The notes below the pieces were generated by a model. The model searched no databases. It was given only the letters and a program-made list of their open reading frames with translations, and was not told the origin of the DNA. A stretch of DNA of 64,000 nt, taken from positions 32,001 to 96,000 of the forward strand of contig JBCCYL010000009.1 of NCBI GenBank assembly GCA_039189765.1. Reading direction: 5' to 3'. Shown here one piece after another: positions 19,136 to 28,484 of the stretch. Each line of letters opens with the position of its first letter. Within the stretch, counting starts at the first letter, position 1. A program made the position numbers and the translations under genes. This DNA is from Cyanobacteria bacterium P01_F01_bin.150 (GTDB taxonomy: Bacteria > Cyanobacteriota > Cyanobacteriia > CAKZMO01).

Positions 19136-22100
19136 ATGTCTCAATATTATCTCGGGGTTAATCTCGGCCATGAACGATCGGCCGCCCTTGTCAAAGATGG
19201 AAAGATTCTGGTTGCTATCGAGCAGGAAAGGTTAGATCGGCAGAAATATAGTATAGGGTTTATGCTGCAAGCGCCCGGCATTCCATCCCGCATGCAGCCT
19301 CCCAATCAAGCAATTCGTTACTGTTTAGACAGCTGCGGGATCACCCTGGATGATCTGGCTGCGATTACCGCAAATATGCCCGGTTATGATTTTGCTCCGG
19401 ACATCATGCGAAATCATTTTCCCGCAGATATTGCCGATAAAGTAAACGCTATTCCTAGCCATCATCTTGCCCATGCCTATTCAGCCTATTGGCCCTCAGG
19501 TTTTGATCAAGCGCTAGTCCTTGTCGCTGATGCTACAGGCAGTACGGATCAGGCTCATTGTACTGAATCTTACAGTCTGTATTTAGGAGATGGTCAGAGA
19601 TTAACCACTCTCCACAGTGAAACGGTCGCAGCCCATCTTGCCGGGCTATCAACGCTAGGCTTTGTTTATGAATATGTCACTCGCAAAGCGGGTTTCGTCA
19701 CCACAGTGGGAAATACCAAAATTAGCCATGCCGAAGCCGGTAAGCTGATGGGGTTGGCTCCGTTCGGTGGTGAGCAGATCAATTTTCATCGCTGGCTTAA
19801 AACCATTGAAAACAGCTACAGCCTCTCTATTTCTCCTTACGATATCTTTCTAGAAATTGCAGCACTGGAAAAAAAGTATGACACAGGAGAAGGGAAGCCC
19901 TATTTGCGTCCCTATCTGGTGGACTTAGCGTATAAGGTGCAGGATGAACTCGAAAAGGCATTGCAGCACATTGTCCAAGTTGCCATGGACAAGACCGGAT
20001 TGAAAAAGCTCTGCATCGCTGGCGGCGTCGGCCTAAATTCCGTAGCAAACTACAAGATTTTTCAAAATTTGGGATTGGAGGATATTTTTATCTTCCCCGC
20101 TGCTGGAGATAATGGCATTGCGGCAGGTGCTGCTTTATGGGCCTATGCCAATCAAGGTGGCGGTAAGCGGCCCAAACTAACCCAAGCAACCCTGGGCCAT
20201 GCCTACAGCCCATCCCTGGTCGATCAGGCCGTCCAAGAATTTGATGAAGCGATCGATGCGGAGGTCCTGTCCCCTGCTGAGATGCTGGAACGCAGCGCTC
20301 AGGCTCTGGCCAAGGGTCACATTGTGGCCCGGTTTGAAGGCGGTTCTGAGTATGGTCCCCGCGCCCTAGGCCATCGATCTATTATGGTGGACCCCACCTA
20401 TAAAAGGATGCGTGACATTGTTAATGCTAGGGTCAAGTTTCGAGAGGCTTTCCGGCCCTTCGCTCCAGTCATTCCCCGTGAGTGTGTCTCCGAGGTCTTT
20501 GAACTAGAGGCGGACTCTCCATTTATGCTGCTGGTTGCTCCCATTAAGCAAGAAGTGCAGGAGCAAATTCCCGCTGTCACCCACGTAGATGGGACGGGTC
20601 GTATTCAAACGGTGACAAACGAAGATAATTCCTACTTTTATCAGCTCTGTCATCGCTTAGTGCAATTGCGCCAGGGTCCACCCGTGTTACTCAACACCAG
20701 CTTTAATGTAGCAGGCCAACCCATTGTTGAAACTCCAGCCGAAGCCATTCAGACCTTTCTAAATACGGACATTGACTATCTTGCTGTAGATAACGTTTGG
20801 ATTTCCAAGCGACATGTCCAAGTCCAAAACTATGAGGAGCATCTTTCTAAGGTTAATCCCTCACCCATTCCCCATGGTTTATCACCCAATCAGCCTGCGG
20901 TGACGGACCTAATGGCTCAGCTGGATCAGGCACTATTTTTTGGCCCTCAGGAAAACTGTCCTTGGACGCCGGAAGAACTTAGGGCGCTGTCTGCGCTGGG
21001 CGCACGATATAAAGAAACAAGTGTATTGTTCCCTGAGACTCCATTTATGGGGTCTTTGAGGACAAAGGTAACGGAAGACATTGTATGGGTGCTTGATCCC
21101 CAGGATCGCTCTACTCTGGTTAATCTCTCTCTTCAGGGTAATCTTTCCTTTAAGACGCCCCAAGCGCTACCTGGTCGTCGCATCTCCTATGCCAGTCCTT
21201 CAAACTCTACATCTAATTCCGTAAGTGAGGTTGATCGATTAGAGGTTCGGGATACGGTCCAACTGTCAACCCAGCTTCAAGGCAAAGGCTATCGGCAGCT
21301 ATTACAAAAAGGAACAACTCAAGCGACAGCCTATAGTTTTGATGAGGTCAAACTGTTGATAGCGATGCTCTCTGGGCAGGAGGATTGGCGGGAGCGGATT
21401 CGGGTTGATCTGTGTCTTACTCATGCTGAATTGGAAAGCCATATTGCCTGGGCGGTTGAACAATTGACCCAGTATGGATTACAGCTACCTGAAGATGGGG
21501 CGATCGCCCACCCCTCTGATTCGTCCCTGCCCCCAAGCGTTGCCCAAACCTTAGAACCTTTTAGCAATGAACAGTTTTCCCAACGGCAGCTCTTAGCGGA
21601 GCTGCGATCGCGTCTCCACCATGCCAACTACACTTTGGACAACATTTGCGATCGCCTAAATGTAGAATCCCTACAGGCCATTGAACCCACGCGATTGCAC
21701 TATTACGATCGTTACCTGCTTGGGCAAGCCCTGTTAGATGATCTGATTCGTCTATTTCTGCTGCGGGTTGCTCTACCCAAGTCTCGACTAGAGGACTGTT
21801 TGGGCGTTCAAGTAGTAGAATCCCTGATTCGCCTGGGAGTTATTATTCGTCGTTCCCTCGCCCCATCTGTGGACTCAAATCCATCTGTAGAATCGGCCGA
21901 AGCTGAACTGTGGTCCTCCCGCATCGATCTATTTTGTGTCGATGGTTTATATATTGCCACCGATCATCGATATATGCTGCTGGCAGAAGATCAGATGGAT
22001 GAAAATCCAGTGATGTATGTTGGTGCTGATAGTCAAGGCTTAGTGTACTCGGCCCCACGCTATCCTGCAAAACAGCTTCTCGATTTATGCTGTGGTGGTG

Positions 22101-23164
22101 GCATTCAAGGATTAGTCGCCAGTCGTTATGCCCAGAAGGTTACGTCTGTTGACCTTAATCCCAGGGCTATTCGCTTTGCTCGCTTTAACGCCCAGCTTAA
22201 CGATATTCGGAATATCCAATTCCGCCTAGGCAGTCTGTATGAGCCTGTCGGCGAACAGCGATTTGATACCATCTTGGCCAATCCGCCCTTTGTGCCCAGC
22301 CCTACTCGGGAACTTGGCTTCCGAGATGGAGGTGCTACTGGTGAAGATATTCTTGCGGCCATTATTGCAGGTAGTGCGGCTCACCTGAATCCTAACGGCC
22401 ATGTATTTATCGTCACCGATTTGGTTGATATCGACACCTATGAGGCTAAGTTGGCTCAATGGTGGCAGGGGGGAGCCGCCCATCAGCTTGTGCTTTGTAC
22501 GGCTGATCGAGACGACATTTTATTCTCCGTGCCCCATAGCCACGCTCCCTTTGGCCAATCCCTTGAGGAATACAATACGGAGCTAGAACAATGGGTGGAT
22601 AATTTCCATCAGGCGGATTTAAAGGCGGTGAATTTTGGCTATATTCTGATTCAAAAATCCGCTGAAGCCTCCTATTTCTGTCGTACGGTCCATAATCCCA
22701 CCCAGGCGATTTATCCCATGGTCCAGTCCTACTTCCAACAGCAGGAACTGGTGCGATCGCCCCTTAGAGCAACCGCATTTCTGACGCTGATGGATGGACT
22801 ACGAATTCGGGTGGAAGAAGGGGTGTATGGAGGCGAGCGCAAAATCGAACTCCTCATCCCCAATAATTCTTACTTCACCACCTATCAGATTAATGAGGGA
22901 CTCTATCAATTGCTGAAAACGATTCAGCGACTCCAGCCCCAGTGGCAGGATTTTGCGACCCCTGCCAACCGTCCCTATTTAGAAAATCTAATTGGTAAAG
23001 GGTTGTTGATCTTGAGTATGGAACAACCGAGGTTAGAACATGATTCCGGCAATGGCTTTGCTGAACGATCTTCTTTAGAGGCATCTCAGAAAGCCCAGGA
23101 GCAAGACATTGTAGAATTACGGACAAAGACAACGCCGACCTGCTTATCTGCATATCTCAAATAA
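19136..23164 (+). CDS. Carbamoyltransferase (CmcH/NodU/TobZ family) fused to a class I SAM methyltransferase
   Basis: HHLAHAYSA, GKLMGLAPFG, AGGVGLN, GDNG, EYGPRALGHRS, KFREAFRPFAP, HVDGTGRIQTV, LNTSFN; C-terminal LLDLCCGGG, VDLNPRA, ILANPPF. Confidence 0.92.
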   Translation: MSQYYLGVNLGHERSAALVKDGKILVAIEQERLDRQKYSIGFMLQAPGIPSRMQPPNQAIRYCLDSCGITLDDLAAITANMPGYDFAPDIMRNHFPADIADKVNAIPSHHLAHAYSAYWPSGFDQALVLVADATGSTDQAHCTESYSLYLGDGQRLTTLHSETVAAHLAGLSTLGFVYEYVTRKAGFVTTVGNTKISHAEAGKLMGLAPFGGEQINFHRWLKTIENSYSLSISPYDIFLEIAALEKKYDTGEGKPYLRPYLVDLAYKVQDELEKALQHIVQVAMDKTGLKKLCIAGGVGLNSVANYKIFQNLGLEDIFIFPAAGDNGIAAGAALWAYANQGGGKRPKLTQATLGHAYSPSLVDQAVQEFDEAIDAEVLSPAEMLERSAQALAKGHIVARFEGGSEYGPRALGHRSIMVDPTYKRMRDIVNARVKFREAFRPFAPVIPRECVSEVFELEADSPFMLLVAPIKQEVQEQIPAVTHVDGTGRIQTVTNEDNSYFYQLCHRLVQLRQGPPVLLNTSFNVAGQPIVETPAEAIQTFLNTDIDYLAVDNVWISKRHVQVQNYEEHLSKVNPSPIPHGLSPNQPAVTDLMAQLDQALFFGPQENCPWTPEELRALSALGARYKETSVLFPETPFMGSLRTKVTEDIVWVLDPQDRSTLVNLSLQGNLSFKTPQALPGRRISYASPSNSTSNSVSEVDRLEVRDTVQLSTQLQGKGYRQLLQKGTTQATAYSFDEVKLLIAMLSGQEDWRERIRVDLCLTHAELESHIAWAVEQLTQYGLQLPEDGAIAHPSDSSLPPSVAQTLEPFSNEQFSQRQLLAELRSRLHHANYTLDNICDRLNVESLQAIEPTRLHYYDRYLLGQALLDDLIRLFLLRVALPKSRLEDCLGVQVVESLIRLGVIIRRSLAPSVDSNPSVESAEAELWSSRIDLFCVDGLYIATDHRYMLLAEDQMDENPVMYVGADSQGLVYSAPRYPAKQLLDLCCGGGIQGLVASRYAQKVTSVDLNPRAIRFARFNAQLNDIRNIQFRLGSLYEPVGEQRFDTILANPPFVPSPTRELGFRDGGATGEDILAAIIAGSAAHLNPNGHVFIVTDLVDIDTYEAKLAQWWQGGAAHQLVLCTADRDDILFSVPHSHAPFGQSLEEYNTELEQWVDNFHQADLKAVNFGYILIQKSAEASYFCRTVHNPTQAIYPMVQSYFQQQELVRSPLRATAFLTLMDGLRIRVEEGVYGGERKIELLIPNNSYFTTYQINEGLYQLLKTIQRLQPQWQDFATPANRPYLENLIGKGLLILSMEQPRLEHDSGNGFAERSSLEASQKAQEQDIVELRTKTTPTCLSAYLK

Positions 23165-23204
23165 AGTCCATATCAGTAACGGAATGGTGAGACAGAGCTA
23201 ATGG

Positions 23205-23231
23205 TGGTGTGGGCGCAACGCGCCCACACCA
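23205..23231. repeat. Family A hairpin between convergent genes (may also act as terminator)
   Basis: TGGTGTGGGCGC-AAC-GCGCCCACACCA followed by TTTGTTTTT. Confidence 0.75.
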
Positions 23232-23238
23232 TTTGTTT

Positions 23239-24066
23239 TTAAGCTGTTAAAGGGCCAGGCTGCAATGCCTTAAGATACTTCAGAAACTCTGTTTGTTCAC
23301 GAGCACTGAGCTGCTGGCGTGATCGCTTATGGTATTTTTGATCCAGCCAATCCCGTCCTTGGGCAATGGTCCACCCCACCCGCTGCATTTCAATCAAAAT
23401 CAAATCCGATACCGATAGCTCAATCACTCCAGCAATTAATTTCCAGCACGGATCGTCACCTTCCCAGCTGGGCGGACGGTGGGGCAAACCTAAACTCATC
23501 GTTATCAAGCATTGAGCACTGGGCCTATGACCTTGATCTAATTGGGCAACAAATGCTGGATCGGTAATGGGTACCTGATAAATCGTTTGCCCCAGAGCCG
23601 TTGTAAACGATCCTTTCCAGCGGGTTCCAGTGGAACGGACATCACCCGTGACCTGAAAAGACTGGGTGCGGATTAGCTCTAACGTTCGGCGGTTTTGGAG
23701 AGGCTGCGATCGCAGCCACGGCTCTGATACATACTTACGTTCGGTATGCAAAATCTGAGGCCGACAGCTACAAAAGGTCATTACCCTAGCAGGCTGTGCC
23801 CGATCAATCCGTTGCCATTGGCCATCGCGAATCCAGTAATTTTCACGGGCCATGCGATCGCGGTCCACTTTGTAGGCTAGCGGAATACTCAAGATATCCA
23901 GAAGCGCCGGTTCGTCACCGTCAATAAGGCGGATATCCGCTGGCACTTGACCATCGGGGAGGCGATCGCACACTGGCCGTACCCATTGGCCTGTATAAAT
24001 ATCGATACCAGCAATGCATCGCTCTCCATGTTTCCAGGAGTTTGCTAAACAAATCAACGTCGCCAT
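23239..24066 (-). CDS. Dual OB-fold domain protein with a small C-terminal helical domain
   Basis: LICLANSWKHGERCIAG..WVRPV start, ITDP, LITMSLG, CWKLIAGVI; tail EMQRVGWT..QGR..L...Y.KRSRQQL. Confidence 0.8.
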   Translation of the reverse strand: MATLICLANSWKHGERCIAGIDIYTGQWVRPVCDRLPDGQVPADIRLIDGDEPALLDILSIPLAYKVDRDRMARENYWIRDGQWQRIDRAQPARVMTFCSCRPQILHTERKYVSEPWLRSQPLQNRRTLELIRTQSFQVTGDVRSTGTRWKGSFTTALGQTIYQVPITDPAFVAQLDQGHRPSAQCLITMSLGLPHRPPSWEGDDPCWKLIAGVIELSVSDLILIEMQRVGWTIAQGRDWLDQKYHKRSRQQLSAREQTEFLKYLKALQPGPLTA

Positions 24067-24084
24067 GCGTTCTAATAAAAAGGC

Positions 24085-24537
24085 TCAAAGATGATGAATC
24101 GTGACATCGCTCCACCGATCGGATAAATATTCGGCGACCAGTCGCCGATGGCAATGGTGGGGAGTTGCTTCACTACAGAGCAAACATCCTCCATCAAGTA
24201 ACTCCGGAGACAGGGTTTCCTCAATCCGTCGTTCGGCCATTAGTGCATTAAACTGACGGGTGTATTGGTCCCAGTCTCCCAGTTTTCCTCGTTTGCCGCC
24301 GGGCTTTTTGTAGGCGTCCAGAATATTTTTGGTGGGTGCGAGATTCAGTTGGTGCGTGTAGTTAATGTTCCCAATTTCCCCCAGGAAATATTCAAGATCG
24401 GGAGATTTGCTAAAGCCTGCAAGCTGGGATTTATTATTTAGCCGCACATCGATAACGGTTTTCACGCCTGCGTTGATTAAACGGCTAAAAAACGTCCGTG
24501 CTGTTTTCTTGGTAAATCCAATAGTGTAAATCTTCAC
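24085..24537 (-). CDS. DUF488 family protein
   Basis: IYTIGFTKK, IDVRL, LAP, CLLCSE..PHHCHRRLVAEYL. Confidence 0.9.
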   Translation of the reverse strand: MKIYTIGFTKKTARTFFSRLINAGVKTVIDVRLNNKSQLAGFSKSPDLEYFLGEIGNINYTHQLNLAPTKNILDAYKKPGGKRGKLGDWDQYTRQFNALMAERRIEETLSPELLDGGCLLCSEATPHHCHRRLVAEYLSDRWSDVTIHHL

Positions 24538-24672
24538 CGCTATGTTGAGGCTACTGCCTAACTGACCCTATATTACATATATACTATATCTTTAGTGGGT
24601 TTCGTGAAATAAGCGACAGTGGAGGCACAGACACCTCCATTGCCTGCCTAACGTTAGCGATACAATAACTCT

Positions 24673-25452
24673 ATGAACAGACCTAATTTTCCTGGCATGA
24701 ATCCCTATTTGGAGCGACCAGATATCTGGCCAGAGATCCATTATGGTCTGATAAGTGGTTTGATGCGATCGCTAAATCCTCTTTTAGTCCCCAAATACAG
24801 GGCCGCAGTGGATAAACGGACCTATATGGATTCTGTTTTAGTGGGGATTCCCGATACCACTGTTATCCAATCACCCAAGTCTATTGACTCACAGCAGCTA
24901 ACTGGTCGATCTGCGGCTAACCTTCAAGCGGCCACGACCATCTTGAGCAAACCAGAGATTGTTTCAGTTCCAATACAGGAAGAAGTGACCGAACGCTTTT
25001 TGGAAATTCGAGAAACAGCCACTGGCAAAGTGGTAACAGTGATTGAAGTGTTATCACCTAAAAATAAACAAGGAGGAGAAGGGCGCTTGAAATATCTGAA
25101 AAAGCGCCAAATGATTTTCAGCAGTCAGACTCACTTTGTTGAAATTGATCTCTTGAGAATGGGGCAACCGATGCCAATTCAAGGAGGCCGAAAATCGTCT
25201 TATCAAATTTTGGTCAGCCGAGTGGACCAGCGCCCCAGTGCAGAACGCTACCCCTTTGATATGCAACATCCGATTCCAGTTTTTACATTACCTCTGATGG
25301 TAATGGATACTGAGCCTGTAATTCAGTTAAATAAATTAATTGATCAAGCCTATCAGGAAGCCGCTCTTGATTTAGTCATTGACTACAGTCAACCGCCTGC
25401 GCCTCCCTTGGGGAAGAAGGACAGAGTATGGCTTGAATCTTTGCTCAATTGA
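24673..25452 (+). CDS. DUF4058 family (PD-(D/E)XK-like) protein
   Basis: FPGMNPYLE..W.EIH, PDTTV, FLEIRE, VIEVLSPKNK, VEIDLLR. Confidence 0.9.
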   Translation: MNRPNFPGMNPYLERPDIWPEIHYGLISGLMRSLNPLLVPKYRAAVDKRTYMDSVLVGIPDTTVIQSPKSIDSQQLTGRSAANLQAATTILSKPEIVSVPIQEEVTERFLEIRETATGKVVTVIEVLSPKNKQGGEGRLKYLKKRQMIFSSQTHFVEIDLLRMGQPMPIQGGRKSSYQILVSRVDQRPSAERYPFDMQHPIPVFTLPLMVMDTEPVIQLNKLIDQAYQEAALDLVIDYSQPPAPPLGKKDRVWLESLLN

Positions 25453-25511
25453 TTTTTCTAGTATCCCTGGTTGCCACAATCTGGATGAACCAGGGGTATC
25501 GTCATCAGACG

Positions 25512-25576
25512 GGTGGTTTGGGGGGGGCGCGCCCCCCCCCCACCACCGTTAATTTTATTTCGCTTTAAAACGAAAG
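25512..25576 (+). repeat. Family A hairpin plus tail (degenerate stem)
   Basis: GGTGG..GGGGGCGCGCCCCC..CCACC-GTTAATTTTATTTCGCTTTAAAACGAAAG; bracketed by the direct repeat TGAACCAGGG (25486 and 25579). Confidence 0.75.
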
Positions 25577-25599
25577 CCTGAACCAGGGAAAAATTGTGA

Positions 25600-26340
25600 T
25601 TACTTTCGGTAGGCAATTTTTTTACCTTGTTGACAATAGGCTATTGCGATCGCCCTCTGTCTTTTTTCTAACTGCGGCTCTAGCCAATCTTTAAATACAT
25701 CCAACTGTCTGACTACAGTAATGCTGCTATCCCTTTTACGATTGTTCTCCTCAAAAGTGCTAGAAGGTGTCGGTCTTGCTTTAGTTCCAAACACACTTAG
25801 TAAATCCAGTTGGGCGATCGCCTCTTCAGGCTCCGGCTCTGGCTGATCGGGAGTATATAACTTTAGTAATCGATCCTCCAGCTCTGAGTGGGATTCCAGC
25901 CGACCATTGCGTAAAATATGTTGGATAGTATGGCCATCAGTATGAAGGGGACGGCTTACTAAAATAGCCCGATGACAGGTAATCGGATCGTGCTCGGCAC
26001 ACATCAGAGCAATGGAATGGGTTTCCGACCCTTTGACCAGACGGTTTAATCCCTCGATAAAAATAGGCGTTTGGGCCAGTCGTTCATAACTTACGGTTCC
26101 ATCAATGTAGCAATCCGGATCGGTGCTGCGGGGTCCCAGTTCTTTTCCTAAAAATACATAACTCAGTCCAGCTTTACGGATTGCGCCTTCTAGAGGAGCT
26201 TTGCAAAAGTGCTGGCAGTAGCGACTGTAGGGATGCGATCGCACATCAGCCAGCGCGGTTACACCATGATGCTTAAGGAGACCAATAAACTCGTCAATGG
26301 TGTGATTGGAGTGACCGATGGTAAAGATGGGACGTGGCAT
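25600..26340 (-). CDS. DUF488 family protein (long type)
   Basis: IFTIGHSNH, LADVRSHPYSR, ELG, ALMCAEHDPITCHRAILV, C-terminal AY..QG.KIAY. Confidence 0.9.
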   Translation of the reverse strand: MPRPIFTIGHSNHTIDEFIGLLKHHGVTALADVRSHPYSRYCQHFCKAPLEGAIRKAGLSYVFLGKELGPRSTDPDCYIDGTVSYERLAQTPIFIEGLNRLVKGSETHSIALMCAEHDPITCHRAILVSRPLHTDGHTIQHILRNGRLESHSELEDRLLKLYTPDQPEPEPEEAIAQLDLLSVFGTKARPTPSSTFEENNRKRDSSITVVRQLDVFKDWLEPQLEKRQRAIAIAYCQQGKKIAYRK

Positions 26341-26419
26341 GAACTAGCACGAACAAAAGGTCTATTATTTTATTCTAACCGCCAGCGAAATTGAAGAATA
26401 TGCGCCTAAAGTCTACGAG

Positions 26420-27649
26420 TTAGGAGGGTTCCAGATAAACCTGGATTTTGCAACCTTTGCCAGGTTCGCTGTTAATTTTGAGACTGCCCTGGAGAGCTAA
26501 AATTCGTTCCTCCATCCCCTGTAGCCCAAACCCACTGCGCTGACTGGCCATGCGATCAAAGCCCTTGCCATTATCTTTTACGATTAGAGACAGCCCCGAA
26601 GGATTTGACTCCAGGTGAATATCGACGGTGGTCGCTTCGGCGTGCTTAAAAATATTGGTCAGTGCTTCTTGAATTACTCGGTAAAGGGCAGTGGAAACGT
26701 TTAGAGGAGGATTAGTACCTAATTGGATATGAACGGTCGGGTTAATTTGAGTTGTGCGGTGAAAGTTTTGAGTCAGGGTGGCGATCGCCTCTTCCAGTGG
26801 CTTATCTTTCAGAGGATTTGTTCGCATGGCCGCAACGGACTGACGCACATCCTGTAAGGCTGTAGATCCCAAACGTTTTGCCTCTTGCAAAAAGCTCTGG
26901 GACTGCTCAGGGCGGACCGTCGCTAACTTTAGGGCTCCCTCGATTTGCAGATTTAAGGCTGTTAAAGAATGACCGAGAGAATCATGGATTTCACGGGCAA
27001 TGCGATTCCGCTCCTGTTCCATCGCCAGGGACTCAACCCGGAGAGCATAGTTACGCAGTTGATCATTGGCATCAATCAGCTTTTCTCGACTTTCTCGCTC
27101 GGTTACCAAGGCATTAGTCAGGAGCAATACCAGAATTAAGCACAGCCCAAACAGAAGCGAAAAATTAAGACCAAAGGCCATTAGCATACGTTGACTGAGC
27201 TGCCAAATACTGACTGCGGCGGGACTGTCAAACGTCGGATTCACAATGCGACTGCCTGCCTGGCTGATCCGATCAAGCACTACGGACACAAAAATGCCAA
27301 AGGCAAGAATGGTTACGACCAGACGCCCCCGCAATCGAAAGATAAGGGAGCTGCGAATCACCATAATCAGTTGGGGAAATGGAAACCCCCGTCCCGATAC
27401 CCCAAAAGCCATTAGGACAATAAGTCCCATTTGCCCCGCTGTATAGAGCCACTTATGACTAGCCTTTTGGGTGGGAATAGCCAATCCCATCAGACCAAAA
27501 ACAATAATGACCAAAATGGCGGGAAAGGGATTATTACTACGAAAGGGGGCAAATAGCTCTAGGAGAATAGCCAATAGCAGTAACCCCCATTCCACATACA
27601 GCAAAAAGGGAAACGGGTGATTGCGAGGGGTAATCACACGATGATTCAT
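26420..27649 (-). CDS. Membrane sensor histidine kinase (HisKA_3, NarX/DesK class)
   Basis: ERNRIAREIHDSLGH, QEALTNIFKHA, DNGKGF, GFGLQGMEER; N-terminal TM region. Confidence 0.95.
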   Translation of the reverse strand: MNHRVITPRNHPFPFLLYVEWGLLLLAILLELFAPFRSNNPFPAILVIIVFGLMGLAIPTQKASHKWLYTAGQMGLIVLMAFGVSGRGFPFPQLIMVIRSSLIFRLRGRLVVTILAFGIFVSVVLDRISQAGSRIVNPTFDSPAAVSIWQLSQRMLMAFGLNFSLLFGLCLILVLLLTNALVTERESREKLIDANDQLRNYALRVESLAMEQERNRIAREIHDSLGHSLTALNLQIEGALKLATVRPEQSQSFLQEAKRLGSTALQDVRQSVAAMRTNPLKDKPLEEAIATLTQNFHRTTQINPTVHIQLGTNPPLNVSTALYRVIQEALTNIFKHAEATTVDIHLESNPSGLSLIVKDNGKGFDRMASQRSGFGLQGMEERILALQGSLKINSEPGKGCKIQVYLEPS

Positions 27650-27839
27650 ATTTTTTCTCTGATGCGGTGCGTTATCACAGGGGTATTGTAGGCGCGATCG
27701 CACCTTTCCATAACAGCTTTGAGTACATTATTAACGTTGTGGATAGTGGCTTATGGATTCCTTTCACCGTGTCACATGATCGAATAGCCCCGGTAGGGTT
27801 CAAGTAAAATATGGATACATCCTTTATGGGCTCCACATT

Positions 27840-28484
27840 ATGACCCAAAGTCTTGCGATCTCTAAAAATATTCTTACAATGGCGGCTGTCCAGCAGCGTT
27901 TTGGGGTGGTTCCAAGCGCGGATCCAGCCTTTTTTACAGAATGGAGTCAAGCGTTGCCAGCATTAACCCAGTCAGATCTTGAAATACTTGACCAAGTAAA
28001 AGCGAGATTTGACCGTCATCGTCATCAAGGCCCCTTGGCCGAAGGAACCATTAATCAGCTACTGATTTCTCCGCTGCTGACGCTGGCGGGTCTATATGAC
28101 GCTCCCTTCTTTGTTTCTACAGAACCTAGCCTTGAAATTGAGATAGAAGACAGGGATGAAGTTTTACGGGGACGCATTGATACCTTGATTGTTCAAGACC
28201 AATTTTGGGCGTTGGTGATTGAATCAAAGTCCACTATCGCATTTTCACTGGCGTTGCCTCAGGCGATGACGTATATGATGGCCAATCCCTATCCCGATCG
28301 CCCCGTTTATGGGTTAATCAGCAATGGGGACGAGTTTATGTTTATTAAAATGCTGACCCAAGGACTCCCCCAATATGACCTGTCCAACGTTTTTTCCCTA
28401 CTGATTCCCCGACGCAATCAGCTTCAAGACATTCTGCAAATCCTTCGGCAAATTCGGCAAATTATGGTCAGTTCTACACACTGA
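27840..28484 (+). CDS. HsdR_N-like PD-(D/E)XK protein
   Basis: EGTI, LRGRIDTL, VIESK, PQAMTYM, YGLISNGDEFMFIK. Confidence 0.8.
   Translation: MTQSLAISKNILTMAAVQQRFGVVPSADPAFFTEWSQALPALTQSDLEILDQVKARFDRHRHQGPLAEGTINQLLISPLLTLAGLYDAPFFVSTEPSLEIEIEDRDEVLRGRIDTLIVQDQFWALVIESKSTIAFSLALPQAMTYMMANPYPDRPVYGLISNGDEFMFIKMLTQGLPQYDLSNVFSLLIPRRNQLQDILQILRQIRQIMVSSTH

Noticed and set aside
25520..25541. G8/C10 runs as a G-quadruplex or phase-variation tract
   Set aside because: They coincide with the stem of a family A hairpin; more likely a degenerate copy or a base-calling artefact.
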